Positions 18,154-28,149 of a stretch of 64,000 bases of DNA are shown in pieces (the stretch's first letter is position 1; every line of letters begins with the position of its first letter). This DNA is from an uncultured Acidimicrobiaceae bacterium (GTDB lineage Bacteria > Actinomycetota > Acidimicrobiia > Acidimicrobiales > RAAP-2). The notes beneath the pieces were generated by a model. It did not search any database. It was not told where the DNA came from and saw only the letters and a list, made by a program, of their open reading frames with translations. The DNA lies in contig CAWAJT010000008.1 in NCBI GenBank assembly GCA_963782415.1, positions 67,105 to 131,104 of the forward strand, in the 5' to 3' direction. The translations under genes were made by a program, and so were the position numbers.

Positions 18154-19298
18154 CGGGGCAGTCCCAGCACGTGCTCGCCCACGATGTTCTTGTTGATCTC
18201 GGTCGTGCCGCCGGCGATGGAGGCCTGGCGCACCGCCAGGAGGTTCTCGCCCCAGCGGCTCGAACCGGTCAGCGCGTCGAGCCCGATCAGGTCCACCGCG
18301 AGCGCGGCGAGCTCCTGGTCGCAGCGCGCCCACGACAGCTTGGCCAGCGACCCGCCGGCGCCCGCCGCAGCCGGGTCGGAGAGCGAGCGCTCCGTCAGGA
18401 AGCGCATGCAGCGGATGGCGGCGTACATGCCGGCCAGGCGCTGGCGCAGCACCGGGTCGTCGAGGCCGGCACGGGCCCGGGGGTCGGCCACCAGGTCGTC
18501 CAGCCGGTTGGCCAGGGACAGGTGGAGGCGGGCCACGCCGGCGCGTTCGAAGCTCAGGGTCGTCATGGCGACCGACCAGCCGGCGTGGAGCGGTCCGAGC
18601 ATGGCGGAGCGGGGTACCCGGGCATCGCTGAAGAACAGCTCGGCGAAGGCGTGGCCGCCGGTGATGGTGGTCAGCGGGCGCGCCGCAATGCCCGGGGTCC
18701 GCAGGTCGACCAGAAAGCAGGTGATGCCGGCATGCTTCTTCGCCGTAGGGTCCGTGCGCACGTAGAGCTGGCACCAGTCGGCGTAGTGCCCCATGGAGTT
18801 CCATGTCTTCTGCCCGTTGATGACGAAGTCGTCGCCGTCCTCGACGGCGGCGGTGCGCAGCGAGGCCAGGTCGGATCCGGCGTCGGGCTCCGACATGCCC
18901 TGGGACCAGATCTCGTCGCCCCGCAGCATCGGTTGGAGGAACCGCTCTTGTTGCTCGGGCGTGCCGAACTGCATGATCGCCGGTGCGATGTTCGACACGC
19001 CGATCACGTTGACCGGTCCCGGCGCCCGCACGCGGCTCGTCTCTTCCAGGTAGGCCAGCTGCTCGGGGACGCCGGCGCCGCGACCGCCGTACGCAACCGG
19101 CCACGACGGCGCCGCCCACCCACCGTCGGCCAGCGCCCGGTTCCAGGCCCGCAGGACCTCCAGCGAATCGCCTTCACCTTGGTGGCTGCCCGCCGCCACC
19201 ACCTCGGGCGTCAGGTGCTCGGCGAGCCAGGTGCACAGCTCCGCCCGGAACGCGGCGGTTTCCTGCCCCTCGCCCCGCCCCTCCGATGACGACTCCAT
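18150..19298 (-). CDS. acyl-CoA dehydrogenase
   Basis: ACAD N/M/C domains (GQKTWNSMGHYADW; C-terminal GGTTEINKNIVGEHVLGLPR). ATG 19298; the 560-aa ORF-track extension is R/P-rich artefact. Confidence 0.8.
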   Translation of the reverse strand: MESSSEGRGEGQETAAFRAELCTWLAEHLTPEVVAAGSHQGEGDSLEVLRAWNRALADGGWAAPSWPVAYGGRGAGVPEQLAYLEETSRVRAPGPVNVIGVSNIAPAIMQFGTPEQQERFLQPMLRGDEIWSQGMSEPDAGSDLASLRTAAVEDGDDFVINGQKTWNSMGHYADWCQLYVRTDPTAKKHAGITCFLVDLRTPGIAARPLTTITGGHAFAELFFSDARVPRSAMLGPLHAGWSVAMTTLSFERAGVARLHLSLANRLDDLVADPRARAGLDDPVLRQRLAGMYAAIRCMRFLTERSLSDPAAAGAGGSLAKLSWARCDQELAALAVDLIGLDALTGSSRWGENLLAVRQASIAGGTTEINKNIVGEHVLGLPR

Positions 19299-19369
19299 GG
19301 GACCGGATTGTGGTCCAGCAACGACCGGTGACGCCAAAGCCGGCGACCCGCCGCGCCGAGCCCAACCGC

Positions 19370-20215
19370 TCAGGCGGTCGGGCCGACGGGACGGTCCCCG
19401 CTCAGGGTGACGCGGTGCATCACGCGGCGCTCGCCCTCGTAGTCGAAGATCCCGAAGTGCATGGTGGCCCGGTTGTCCCAGAAGGCCAACGTCCCCGGTT
19501 TCCAGTGATAGCGAACGACGAACTGGGGGCTGGCCATGTGCTCGTAGAGAAGCCGCAGCAGGCCGTCGCTCTGACGCTCGGGCATGTCGGTGATGCGCAC
19601 GGTGAACTTCGGGTTCACGAAGAGGTTCTTCCGGCCGGTCTCGGGATGGACGCGGACGACGGGGTGCGTCGCCGGGAGCAGCCGCGTCAGCTTCTTTCCC
19701 TCCCAGACGTTGCCGTGGCCCTCGGCCACCGCCTGGGCATAGAAGGGCTCGAAGTGGAAGGCAGCGAGCTCGTCGCAGAGACGCTGGAGTGGCTCGGCCA
19801 GCGCGTCGTAGGCGGCGCGGGTGTCGGCCCACATGGTGTCGCCGCCCGCCTCGGGCACCTCCACCGAACGCAGCATGGACGCCATGGCCGGTCGCGTCAT
19901 GAACGTGATGTCGGTATGCCAGAAGTCAGTGCGGTCCTTGCCACTCTCAATGGAATGGACCTCCTTGCGATCGAGGACCTGCGGCTCCACGGGGTGGCTC
20001 TCGGTCAACTGGCCGAACCGAGCGGCGAAGGCGATCTGCGTGTCGTCGTCGAGGCGCTGGTCGGGGAAGAAGACGACCAGGCGCTCCAGCCAGACGGCGC
20101 GGATGGCGGCGATGACGTCGTCATGTAGATCTGCCGCGCAGTCGACCCCGTGGATTTCGGCGCCGATGGTCGGGCTGAGGGGGCGGACGTCGAGGTCGAC
20201 CGTGCTCATCGTCAT
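19370..20215 (-). CDS. TauD/TfdA-family Fe(II)/2-oxoglutarate-dependent dioxygenase
   Basis: TauD-like HxD...H motifs (FWHTDITF; RATMHFG); about 280 aa. Confidence 0.75.
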   Translation of the reverse strand: MTMSTVDLDVRPLSPTIGAEIHGVDCAADLHDDVIAAIRAVWLERLVVFFPDQRLDDDTQIAFAARFGQLTESHPVEPQVLDRKEVHSIESGKDRTDFWHTDITFMTRPAMASMLRSVEVPEAGGDTMWADTRAAYDALAEPLQRLCDELAAFHFEPFYAQAVAEGHGNVWEGKKLTRLLPATHPVVRVHPETGRKNLFVNPKFTVRITDMPERQSDGLLRLLYEHMASPQFVVRYHWKPGTLAFWDNRATMHFGIFDYEGERRVMHRVTLSGDRPVGPTA

Positions 20216-20291
20216 GGATGCATGGTGCCACGCCGCGTTCGCCCGGCACCCCGCGGTCAAGTGGTGGGTCGGTTCGGATCCCGTCCCGTCC

Positions 20292-20879
20292 TCATTCGGG
20301 CAGGTTCAAGAAGCTGCTGGCGAGGCGCAAGAGCTGCGTCCGGAGCGTCTCGTCGTCGAGATCCGCCACCAGCGGGTGCATGACCGCACCGCCGATGGCG
20401 GCGGTCAGCATGGCCGCCGTCACACGGGCATCGGACCCGGGGTCGTCGCCGAGAAGGACGGCAGAGAGGCGATCCATGACACGCCGGAAGGGTTCGTGGT
20501 GCGCGAAGAACCGGACGATCACCGGGTCGCCCAGGAGCGTGCTCTCCACGCGGCGCCGTTCCACGGCCAAGTCGACCATGCGCGTGATGAGGACCACACG
20601 GGCTCGGGTGGGGCTGGGCTCGGCCTCGGCGAGTTCGACGGCCGCCTCGACGTTGGCCAGTTCTGCCTCGGCGGCGGCCAGGACGATCTCTTCCTTGGTC
20701 CGGTACTGGTGGTATACCGCGGCCTTGGAGACCCCGATGGCGTCGGCGATCATCTGCAGCGAGGTACCCCCGACACCGTGGATGGCGAACAGGTCACGGG
20801 CGGCATCGACGATGCGTGTCTGTGCCGCGCTCCTCGGCCCGGTCCGGTCCTCCTCCAGGGCATGCCCGCTCGGCGTCAC
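20292..20879 (-). CDS. TetR-family transcriptional regulator
   Basis: TetR HTH (TSLQMIADAIGVSKAAVYHQYRTKEEIV). Confidence 0.85.
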   Translation of the reverse strand: MTPSGHALEEDRTGPRSAAQTRIVDAARDLFAIHGVGGTSLQMIADAIGVSKAAVYHQYRTKEEIVLAAAEAELANVEAAVELAEAEPSPTRARVVLITRMVDLAVERRRVESTLLGDPVIVRFFAHHEPFRRVMDRLSAVLLGDDPGSDARVTAAMLTAAIGGAVMHPLVADLDDETLRTQLLRLASSFLNLPE

Positions 20880-20908
20880 CCGAAGAGGGTAGCGAGGGTT
20901 GTCGGGCC

Positions 20909-20945
20909 CTAGCCGATCGGCTAGGTTGAGTAGTCGATCGGCTAG
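20909..20945. promoter_or_regulatory. two adjacent TetR-operator-like palindromes in the tetR / 21016 divergent region
   Basis: Perfect 16-bp palindrome CTAGCCGATCGGCTAG at 20909-20924 and a near-copy TAGTCGATCGGCTAG at 20931-20945. Confidence 0.5.
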
Positions 20946-21015
20946 TCACCTGCGGCTATCCCCTCAGGACGTCGCGATCCAGCCCACGGGCCGATCCGCA
21001 CAGAGGAGGATCACG

Positions 21016-22143
21016 TTGCCCGAACCCACGACAGACGAGCAGCTCGAAGAGTTCCTCGAGATCCGCAAGCCCGGCGCCCACCTGGAGGACGGGGTCGTGG
21101 CCGACGAGTTCGTGCTGATGCTCGGGGTCGATCTCGAGAACTACCCGAAGTTCGCGGTGGTCGACGACGCCATCACGTACCCCAAGGCGGCGCTCGACAT
21201 CCGCCAGCAGCTGGACGTCGATTCAGGGGCGGATCTCGCCGACTACAGCGGCCCGTATCGGGCCGATCTGCGCCTCACCGACTTCTCGCGAGAGGCTCTG
21301 GCCACCAGACTTGTGCCGTGGAGCGAGCGGTACATGCAACTCTGCGTCGACGGGTGGGCCGACGAGGTCGCGAAACGCTACGGCGCCGACATCATGGCGG
21401 AGATCGAGTGGGCCGCCTGGACCGAGCAGATCGCCCCCGAGCTGGCGCGCATGCGCAACGAATTCCTGCCTGACGACGTCGTCTACGAGGACCCGAATCA
21501 GCGCGTGCGCCAAGAGGACCGCGGCTCCACGCGTGTCGTGTACACCGGTCTGTTCTCACCGCGACCGGACCTGCGCCAGCGGAGCAAGGAAGAGCTTGTC
21601 ACATGGTTCCTCGGCAGCCACGAGTACCTGCTCCAGTGCATTGAGGGTTGGGCGGCGCAGATCGTGGTTCGCTACGGGCTCGACGAGATGTTCGACATGC
21701 AGTACGCCCTCTGGGGCGACACGGTCCTGCCAGGGGTGAAGAAGCTCAAGGCCGAGATGCTCGGCATTACGGGGAACACGGTGGCGGACTGGATGAAGGA
21801 CCTCCAGCTCGATGCCACGGCCCTGCCGGGCAAGGCCTTCGACCTGACCTTCGAGATGCCCGAACCCGATGTCGGCATCATGACGTTCAATCGCTGCGTC
21901 GCCGTCGATCAGTGGGAGACCATGGGTCGGCCCGACATCCTCGAGAAGAACTGCCATTCCACGTGTCCGAAGTCGATGATCGTGACGACGAAGATGTACA
22001 ACCCGAACATGAAGGTCGACATTCTGGCGATTCCACCTCGCCGCGACCCCGGGGACGTGTGCTGCAAGTGGAAGTTCAGCATGCGCACCGAGGAAGACCC
22101 CGAGTACGTGCCGGTGGAGATCTCGAAGAAACCGCCGCGCTGA
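21016..22143 (+). CDS. hypothetical protein with an internal ~45-aa duplication and a Cys-rich C-terminus, divergently paired with tetR
   Basis: TTG 21016 after GAGGAGGA. Repeat pair CVDGWADEVAKRYGADIMAEIEWAAW / CIEGWAAQIVVRYGLDEMFDMQYALW. C-terminal CHSTCP...DVCCKWKF. No family recognised from sequence alone. Confidence 0.5.
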   Translation: MPEPTTDEQLEEFLEIRKPGAHLEDGVVADEFVLMLGVDLENYPKFAVVDDAITYPKAALDIRQQLDVDSGADLADYSGPYRADLRLTDFSREALATRLVPWSERYMQLCVDGWADEVAKRYGADIMAEIEWAAWTEQIAPELARMRNEFLPDDVVYEDPNQRVRQEDRGSTRVVYTGLFSPRPDLRQRSKEELVTWFLGSHEYLLQCIEGWAAQIVVRYGLDEMFDMQYALWGDTVLPGVKKLKAEMLGITGNTVADWMKDLQLDATALPGKAFDLTFEMPEPDVGIMTFNRCVAVDQWETMGRPDILEKNCHSTCPKSMIVTTKMYNPNMKVDILAIPPRRDPGDVCCKWKFSMRTEEDPEYVPVEISKKPPR

Positions 22144-22170
22144 GGGCGTTGCAGCGTTCCTCGGCGGGCG

Positions 22171-23679
22171 TCAGAGGACGAGGTGCTCCATCGCCTCGGG
22201 ATTCTGCATGTTCTCGGCAATATGCCGGCGTTCGTCCTCGGGCGTCTCGTGTGTCCGGAGGAGGATCGGGGCCAGGATGAGGCCGAGCAGGACGCTGGCG
22301 GCCGCCAGGACCAGCGCCAGTTGATACCCCGCGGTGAGGGAGCCGAGCGCCGCGTGGCCGTCGGACAGCAGCGCGTGCGTGCGGGTGGTGGCGATGGAGC
22401 TGAGGACGGCCAGGCCCACGGCGGCGGCCATCTGCTGGGACACGTTGACGATCCCGGAGCCGAGCCCGGCGTCGTCCTTGGGGATCTCGGACATGCCGAT
22501 CTGGAGCAGCGGCATGAACGATGCACCGCCGCCCACGCCGAGGAGGAGGAAGGCGAAGCAGATGGTAGGGAAGTAGCTGGCGCCCTCGCCGGCGGAGGCG
22601 AGCAGGAGAAGCCCGGCCGCGGCCGCCACCATGGCCGGGTACATCACCACCTTGCCGAAGCGGTTCACCAGCCACGCCGTCGGTCCCGCCGACATGGCGG
22701 CCATGCCGATCGTCGCCGGCATGAAGGCCAGGCCGGTCTTGACGGGGCTGTAGCCGAGGACGTGCTCGAGGTAGAGCGCGCCGATGAAGAAGGTGGAGAA
22801 CATGCCGGTCGCCAGCAAACCACGGATGGCACTCGAGGCGGTCAGGGTGCGGATGCGCAGAATCCGTAACGGCATGATCGGGTTGTCCAGCTTCGACTCC
22901 AACACGATGAACCCCCCGAACAGCACGACCGCGGCGGCGAGGATGCCGAGCGTGTGCACCGAGGCCCAGCCGTCACTCGACGCCGTGACGATGCCGTAAA
23001 TGCCCACCATGAGCGACACGGTGACCAGCACCGACCCGAACCAGTCCACGCCCTGTTTGATGCCCAGGCCGACGTTCTCCACAATGAGGAAGCGTCCGAG
23101 GAGGAGCGTGGCGATGCCGATCGGCACGTTCACGAAGAAGATCCAGTGCCAGCTCAGGAACTGCGTCAACACGCCGCCGGCCAGGAGGCCGATGGAGCCG
23201 CCGCCGACGGCCACGAACACATAGGCGCTCATGGCCTTGGCCCGTTCGGCGGGCTTCGGGAACTCCGTGACGATGATGGCCACGATCACCGAGGACGACA
23301 GTGCGCCACCGATGCCCTGCACGAAGCGGGCCGCCACCAACATGCCCTGGTTGCCGGCCGATCCGCAGGCAATGGAGGCCAGCATGAAGAGACCGACGCC
23401 GGCGAGGAACACCTTCTTGCGTCCGATCAAGTCGCCCAGGCGCCCGGCCATGAGCAGGAAGCTGCCGAATGAGATCAGGTAGGCGTCGACCACCCAGGTC
23501 AGGCCGGACTGGCTGAAGTGCAGGCTCTTTTGGATGTCCGGGAGGGCCACGTTGACGATGGAGCCGTCGAGCGCGTTCATGAACATGGCCAGGCAGACGA
23601 CGACGAGGGCGATCCAGCGCCGGCGGTCGCTGGTGTCGCTCTCGTTCTGCGGAATGATCCCAGCATCTTGGATAGTCAT
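22171..23679 (-). CDS. MFS transporter, DHA2 (14-TMS EmrB/QacA-like) drug:H+ antiporter family
   Basis: 14 predicted TM helices and MFS signature motifs (GRLGDLIGRKKVF). Confidence 0.8.
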   Translation of the reverse strand: MTIQDAGIIPQNESDTSDRRRWIALVVVCLAMFMNALDGSIVNVALPDIQKSLHFSQSGLTWVVDAYLISFGSFLLMAGRLGDLIGRKKVFLAGVGLFMLASIACGSAGNQGMLVAARFVQGIGGALSSSVIVAIIVTEFPKPAERAKAMSAYVFVAVGGGSIGLLAGGVLTQFLSWHWIFFVNVPIGIATLLLGRFLIVENVGLGIKQGVDWFGSVLVTVSLMVGIYGIVTASSDGWASVHTLGILAAAVVLFGGFIVLESKLDNPIMPLRILRIRTLTASSAIRGLLATGMFSTFFIGALYLEHVLGYSPVKTGLAFMPATIGMAAMSAGPTAWLVNRFGKVVMYPAMVAAAAGLLLLASAGEGASYFPTICFAFLLLGVGGGASFMPLLQIGMSEIPKDDAGLGSGIVNVSQQMAAAVGLAVLSSIATTRTHALLSDGHAALGSLTAGYQLALVLAAASVLLGLILAPILLRTHETPEDERRHIAENMQNPEAMEHLVL

Positions 23680-23737
23680 GATTTCGGGATTATCCTACAG
23701 GGGTGATCGATGGGGCCGTGCGGGTAGGCTGGGTGCC

Positions 23738-24217
23738 GTGAGCCCACGAGCGGCCGCCCGACCGGCCACCGGGACGATTGTGCTCCTGACCAGGCTGGCC
23801 AGGGCTGTCTACCTGCGCAGCTCGGTCGACCTGGTGGGCATGAACCTCCGGAACATGGTGGTGCTCGCCTACCTGCGCGACCACCCGGGCTCCTCGCAGC
23901 AGGTCATGACCGAGATGCTGTCCATGGACTCCAACACCGGGGTCCTCGTCCTCAATGACCTCGAGGACCTCGAGTACGTGGAGCGGCGGCGCGATCCGGC
24001 CGACCGGCGCCGGCATCTCGTCGACATCACCGACGCGGGGCGCGAGGCGCTCGAGGCGGCCGAGCTGGCGCAGGGAAGCATCGAGGACGAGATCCTCGGC
24101 GGCCTGAGCACGGCCGAACGCGCCGAGTTCCGGAGGTTGTTGGTCAAGGCGCTCGAGGACCACCCCCCGCTGTCGGAGATGCCCTCGCCCTCGCCCTCGC
24201 CCTCGCCGTCGCCGTAG
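23738..24217 (+). CDS. MarR-family transcriptional regulator with a C-terminal Pro-Ser repeat tail
   Basis: MarR winged HTH (MVVLAYLRDHPGSSQQVMTEMLSMDSNTGVLVLNDLEDLEYVERRRDPADRRRHLVDITDAGREAL). GTG 23738 is the only in-frame start downstream of the MFS gene. Ends with ...MPSPSPSPSPSP, encoded by a (GCCCTC)4 microsatellite. Confidence 0.7.
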   Translation: MSPRAAARPATGTIVLLTRLARAVYLRSSVDLVGMNLRNMVVLAYLRDHPGSSQQVMTEMLSMDSNTGVLVLNDLEDLEYVERRRDPADRRRHLVDITDAGREALEAAELAQGSIEDEILGGLSTAERAEFRRLLVKALEDHPPLSEMPSPSPSPSPSP

Positions 24218-24257
24218 CCGTAGCCGTCGGCGCTCGGGCCTGGCGCGCCCAGGCGGC

Positions 24258-25638
24258 TCAGCCCTGGGGTTTGATCACCGAGCCGGTGGCGTATTTCGTG
24301 GCGTATCCCTGCGCGTTGAGTGTGGTGCCGATGACCGATCCTGAGTTCGCCACGACGTACTTCGGCGAGCAGTCGAACGTGCCCAGCTTCTTCGGGTAGT
24401 ACTGCACCCACTTGGTGTTCTTGAGCTTCATGAGGATCCCGCAGGGGGCGGGCCGGTTCTTGGCCGGGTCGGACGGCGCGTTGAGCCCGCCGCCGGTCCA
24501 GCTCGTCACCTTGGAGAGGTGGTTGATCATGCACTGACGGGTGAGCGTGGAGCCACAAGCCTTGGCCTCGGTGGCCCACAGGAGAAACGACGACGCCGCC
24601 TGCTCACCCAGCGATGACGTCAACCCCCCCGACTTCTTGACCACGGAGAGGTACTGGGCGACGGCTGGCACGACCTTGGCCGCCTCCAGGGGCTCCATGC
24701 CGATGCGGACATAGACGTTGTTACCCAGCCCGCTGGTGTTCCACTTGGCGAAGCCTGCCGTGTACTCGGCGGCGTCGAGCAGCCAGATCGGGTTGTAGCC
24801 GATCTGATTCGCCGCCTGCAGCGCGCCGTAGAGCGTGGGACCCGGGGTGGCGTCGTCGAAGACGATCTTGGCCCCGCAGCTCTGCAGCTTCTGCACGAAC
24901 GGCGTGTAGCTGGCCTCGCCGTTGTAGTTGACGTTGACCGCGCAGCCGCTCCACTTCCAGCCGGCCTCGCCGTACGCCTGCACGGCCTTGGCCATCGACG
25001 ATTCCTGAGTCGAGAGGGTGGAGTCGTACTGGCCCACGTGCTGCGTCTTGGAACCGAAGAGCTTCTCGCCCTGGTAGGCAATTGAGACGGGGCTGGCGTT
25101 CGAAGGATTGGGCGCGGCCTGGTACATCTCGTAGGCATCGGCCACCTCGGCGGACACCGTGAAGCCCGGGACGGCGGCCAGGTTGCAACCCAAGCGGGTC
25201 TGCTCCGCCAGCCCGTCAAGAGCGAATCCTTCGCCGACCAACATGAAATCCGTCTTGCAGGCCTGGGTCATGACCGAGCCGACGTTGGTCACCGCGGCGT
25301 CGTAGTAGTCGCCCACGATCTTGCGCCCGTTGATGCCACCCTGCCGCGTCGCACCAGGCGATCATCGCCTTGACGGCGTCGCCCATCTCCTGGTCGAGTC
25401 CCGGGCTGCCGGCGAAGCCCCGGTCGTCGCCATAGGCGATGTTGATGGTGGAGTTGGTGATGCCATGATCGGTGGCGCCGGTGGCATGTCCCTTCCCGCA
25501 CGGAGACGGCAACGTGCCGAACGTCGAGGGCGGCGACGACGCACCGGTCACCCCCGAGCTGAGCGCCACTCCCGACGCCGTGAGGGCGGTCAGGAGCAGT
25601 GCTGCTCCCACGGCCCGCATTCCCGTGACTCGTGTCAT
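24258..25638 (-). CDS. ABC transporter substrate-binding protein, LivK family (orphan); 1-nt frameshift near 25338
   Basis: Signal peptide MTRVTGMRAVGAALLLTALTASG plus the N-terminal domain lie in frame 25216..25878; the rest (INGRKIVGDYYD...) lies in frame 24258..25316. Removing one base from gcagggTggcatc gives AGGINGRKIV. Confidence 0.65.
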
Positions 25639-25892
25639 GGCCGAACCCCCGGTCTGCACCACGCGGTTGCTGCGCCCTGCCATCCCCCAGCGCCCAGTAC
25701 CGGTGTCTGTGCGTGGGGACACTACCAACAACAGGTGCACAAATCTCAGCGCCTTTTGGCGCGGGCGAGACGGCAGCGAGGTCGTGTGACGTGCCGCTCG
25801 CCTTCCATCTGATCGCCCGACATCCCAGTGGGCCTGCCGTTCCGAAGAAGGGGCGTGTCGCATCAGGGTTTGCGCCATGCCCGGGATCGTTG

Positions 25893-27200
25893 ATGCGCGC
25901 CCTGGCGGATCGCGCCATGACGGGCTTGGCCCGGCTCCTGGTCCGGACCTTCTTCCGAAGCATCGAGCTCGACGGCGGCGAGCGACTTCCGGCGTCGGGA
26001 CCGGTGATCCTGGTGGCCAATCACACGAACGGGTTAGTAGACGGGCTCCTCCTCATGGCGACGCTGCGTCGCTACCCGCGCTTCTTCGGCAAGTCCACGC
26101 TCTTCGGGATTCCGCCGCTCTGGCCATTTCTGAAGCTCGGCGGTGTCATTCCCGTGTACCGGACCGCCGACGCCGTTCCGGGCGATCACAATGTGTCGGC
26201 GTTCGCGACGAGCCACCGCCTGTTGCACGAGGGCGCCATGGTGGCCGTGTTTCCCGAAGGGGTCAGCCATGACGAGCCGTCGCTGCAGCCGCTCAAGACC
26301 GGGGCAGCCCGCATCGCACTCGACGCGGCGAACGACGGCGCGGCGGCGGTGACCGTTGCCGTGGGACTGGTCTATGACGCCAAGACACGGTTCCGGTCGC
26401 GCGCGCTCGTCCGCGTCGGTGACCCGGTGCGAGTGGACCGCTGGTCCGGTCGCGAGGCGGACGACGAGCGAGCGGTGGTGCGCGCCCTGACCGAGGATCT
26501 GGCGGCCCGGCTGTCGCGCGTCGCTCCGACGTTCGCCTCGTTGGCGGAGGCGGCGGAGCTCTCGAGCATCGCCGCGGTGCTGGTGCGCACGTCCGGCGCC
26601 GGACTGGCCGTCGATGTCGCCATGGGTGTCCAGGTCGAGGTCGCAGCCCGCCTGGCGGTACTGGAGCAGGCCTTCCCGGGATCTCTGCAACAGCTCCGCG
26701 CCGCCGCCGCGACTTACACACGCGGCCTCGACCTGCTCGGCGTGAACGACGCCCAGCTCATGACCGGACTGCGCTGCCGGCGCCTGACCATCGCGTGGGC
26801 CGCGGCCAGAGTCGTGGCGGCTGCCCCCTTGGCGGTCGTCGGCGTGCTGGTGCACCTCGTGCCGTTCCAGTTCGTCAAGGCACTGGCGAAGCGACCGACC
26901 AACGAGAGCATCAAGGCGACGGTCAAGTTGCTCGGCTGCTTCGTGCTGTTCGCCCTGACCTATACGGTGGTGGGCGTGATCGTCGGGCGCGTCTTCGGTC
27001 CGTGGGCCGGGCTCCTGGCTGGCGTAGGCGCACCGATCTGCGGCCTGCTGGCGGTGCGCGCCCTCGAGCGCGTGCAGCGGATCGGTGGCTTGGTCGAAGG
27101 CCTTCGGCTGGTCAGGACGCAGCGGGACATGCTCGAGTCGGTGCTCGCACAGCGCGCGGCTGTCGTCCACGAGGCGCGCGTGCTCCTTTGCCTTACGTGA
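25893..27200 (+). CDS. 1-acyl-sn-glycerol-3-phosphate acyltransferase (PlsC-like) with a C-terminal membrane extension
   Basis: HX4D motif (VANHTNGLVDGLLL) and FPEG motif; C-terminal TM helices. Confidence 0.75.
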   Translation: MRALADRAMTGLARLLVRTFFRSIELDGGERLPASGPVILVANHTNGLVDGLLLMATLRRYPRFFGKSTLFGIPPLWPFLKLGGVIPVYRTADAVPGDHNVSAFATSHRLLHEGAMVAVFPEGVSHDEPSLQPLKTGAARIALDAANDGAAAVTVAVGLVYDAKTRFRSRALVRVGDPVRVDRWSGREADDERAVVRALTEDLAARLSRVAPTFASLAEAAELSSIAAVLVRTSGAGLAVDVAMGVQVEVAARLAVLEQAFPGSLQQLRAAAATYTRGLDLLGVNDAQLMTGLRCRRLTIAWAAARVVAAAPLAVVGVLVHLVPFQFVKALAKRPTNESIKATVKLLGCFVLFALTYTVVGVIVGRVFGPWAGLLAGVGAPICGLLAVRALERVQRIGGLVEGLRLVRTQRDMLESVLAQRAAVVHEARVLLCLT

Positions 27201-27970
27201 GGCCCGACACCATCACTTACGGCACCGACCGCTCCCAGCGGGCGGAGGTGTGGCGCCCCGGAGGCGCCGACGCGCCACGGCCCGTGGTCGTGCTGATCCA
27301 CGGGGGGTTCTGGCGGCAGCGCTACGGCAAGCGCCTGATGCACCCGCTGGCCCGGGCCATGACCGCACGCGGCTGGATCGCCTACAACATTGAATACCGG
27401 CGCGTCGGAACCTCCGGTCGGGGCGGCTGGCCGCAGACGTTCGAGGACGTGTCGGACGCCATCGACGCGCTGGCCGACGTGGCCGGCGTGGACCGCCGAC
27501 GGGTGGCGACCTGTGGCCACTCGGCGGGTGGCCACCTGGCGCTGTGGGCGGCCGCGTCCCGCTCGACCGGCAGTCCCCGACGGAAAGGACCGGCGATCGC
27601 CGTATGCGCCGCCGTCTCGTTGGCGGGGGTCGTCGACCTCGACGCGGCGGCGCGCCAGGCCGTCGGGGCGGGGGCGGTCGACGCGCTCATGGGCGGCAGC
27701 CCCGACGAGGTGCCGGACCGTTACCGACTAGGTTCTCCGGCCGCGCTGGTGCCGATGGGGAAACCGCAGATCCTGCTGCATGGGCTCGAGGACGAGTCCG
27801 TGCCCCCCTCGCTCAGTGAGCACTACGTCGAGGCGGCCCGGGCGCTGGGCGACCCTGCCGTCTACGTGCCGTTCGCCGGCGTGTCCCACATGGAGGTGAT
27901 CCGCGCCAAGGGCGCCGTCTTCGCCGAGCTCGCCGGCCGCTTGGAGGCGGTGTTCCGGCCGCCCCGCTGA
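27197..27970 (+). CDS. alpha/beta-hydrolase (esterase/lipase, S9/HSL-like)
   Basis: GHSAGG nucleophile elbow and HGGF oxyanion motif (VVLIHGGFW). GTG overlaps the plsC stop (GTGA). Confidence 0.75.
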   Translation: MRPDTITYGTDRSQRAEVWRPGGADAPRPVVVLIHGGFWRQRYGKRLMHPLARAMTARGWIAYNIEYRRVGTSGRGGWPQTFEDVSDAIDALADVAGVDRRRVATCGHSAGGHLALWAAASRSTGSPRRKGPAIAVCAAVSLAGVVDLDAAARQAVGAGAVDALMGGSPDEVPDRYRLGSPAALVPMGKPQILLHGLEDESVPPSLSEHYVEAARALGDPAVYVPFAGVSHMEVIRAKGAVFAELAGRLEAVFRPPR

Positions 27971-28149
27971 GCGACCCGCCTGGCCGCCGGGCCGTGAGCG
28001 TTGTCCGCCGAGTTCTGAGGCGCGTCGTCCCAGTTCAGTGCCAATATCTGTCGGCACCGTCGGTCGGTTCCGGGCGCACTGGCGCTGATCAAGTAGCCCC
28101 CCCGAAATGTCGATACAGAGAGCTGAGCTCATCGAACAAAGAGGGGTAC

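Noticed and set aside
16624-19119. 831-aa ORF on the minus strand
   Set aside because: A chimeric frame. Its first ~320 aa are antisense or alternate-frame junk over the acyl-CoA dehydrogenase gene. Only a ~95-aa stretch (18153 down to ~17870) is the genuine start of the acyl-CoA synthetase.
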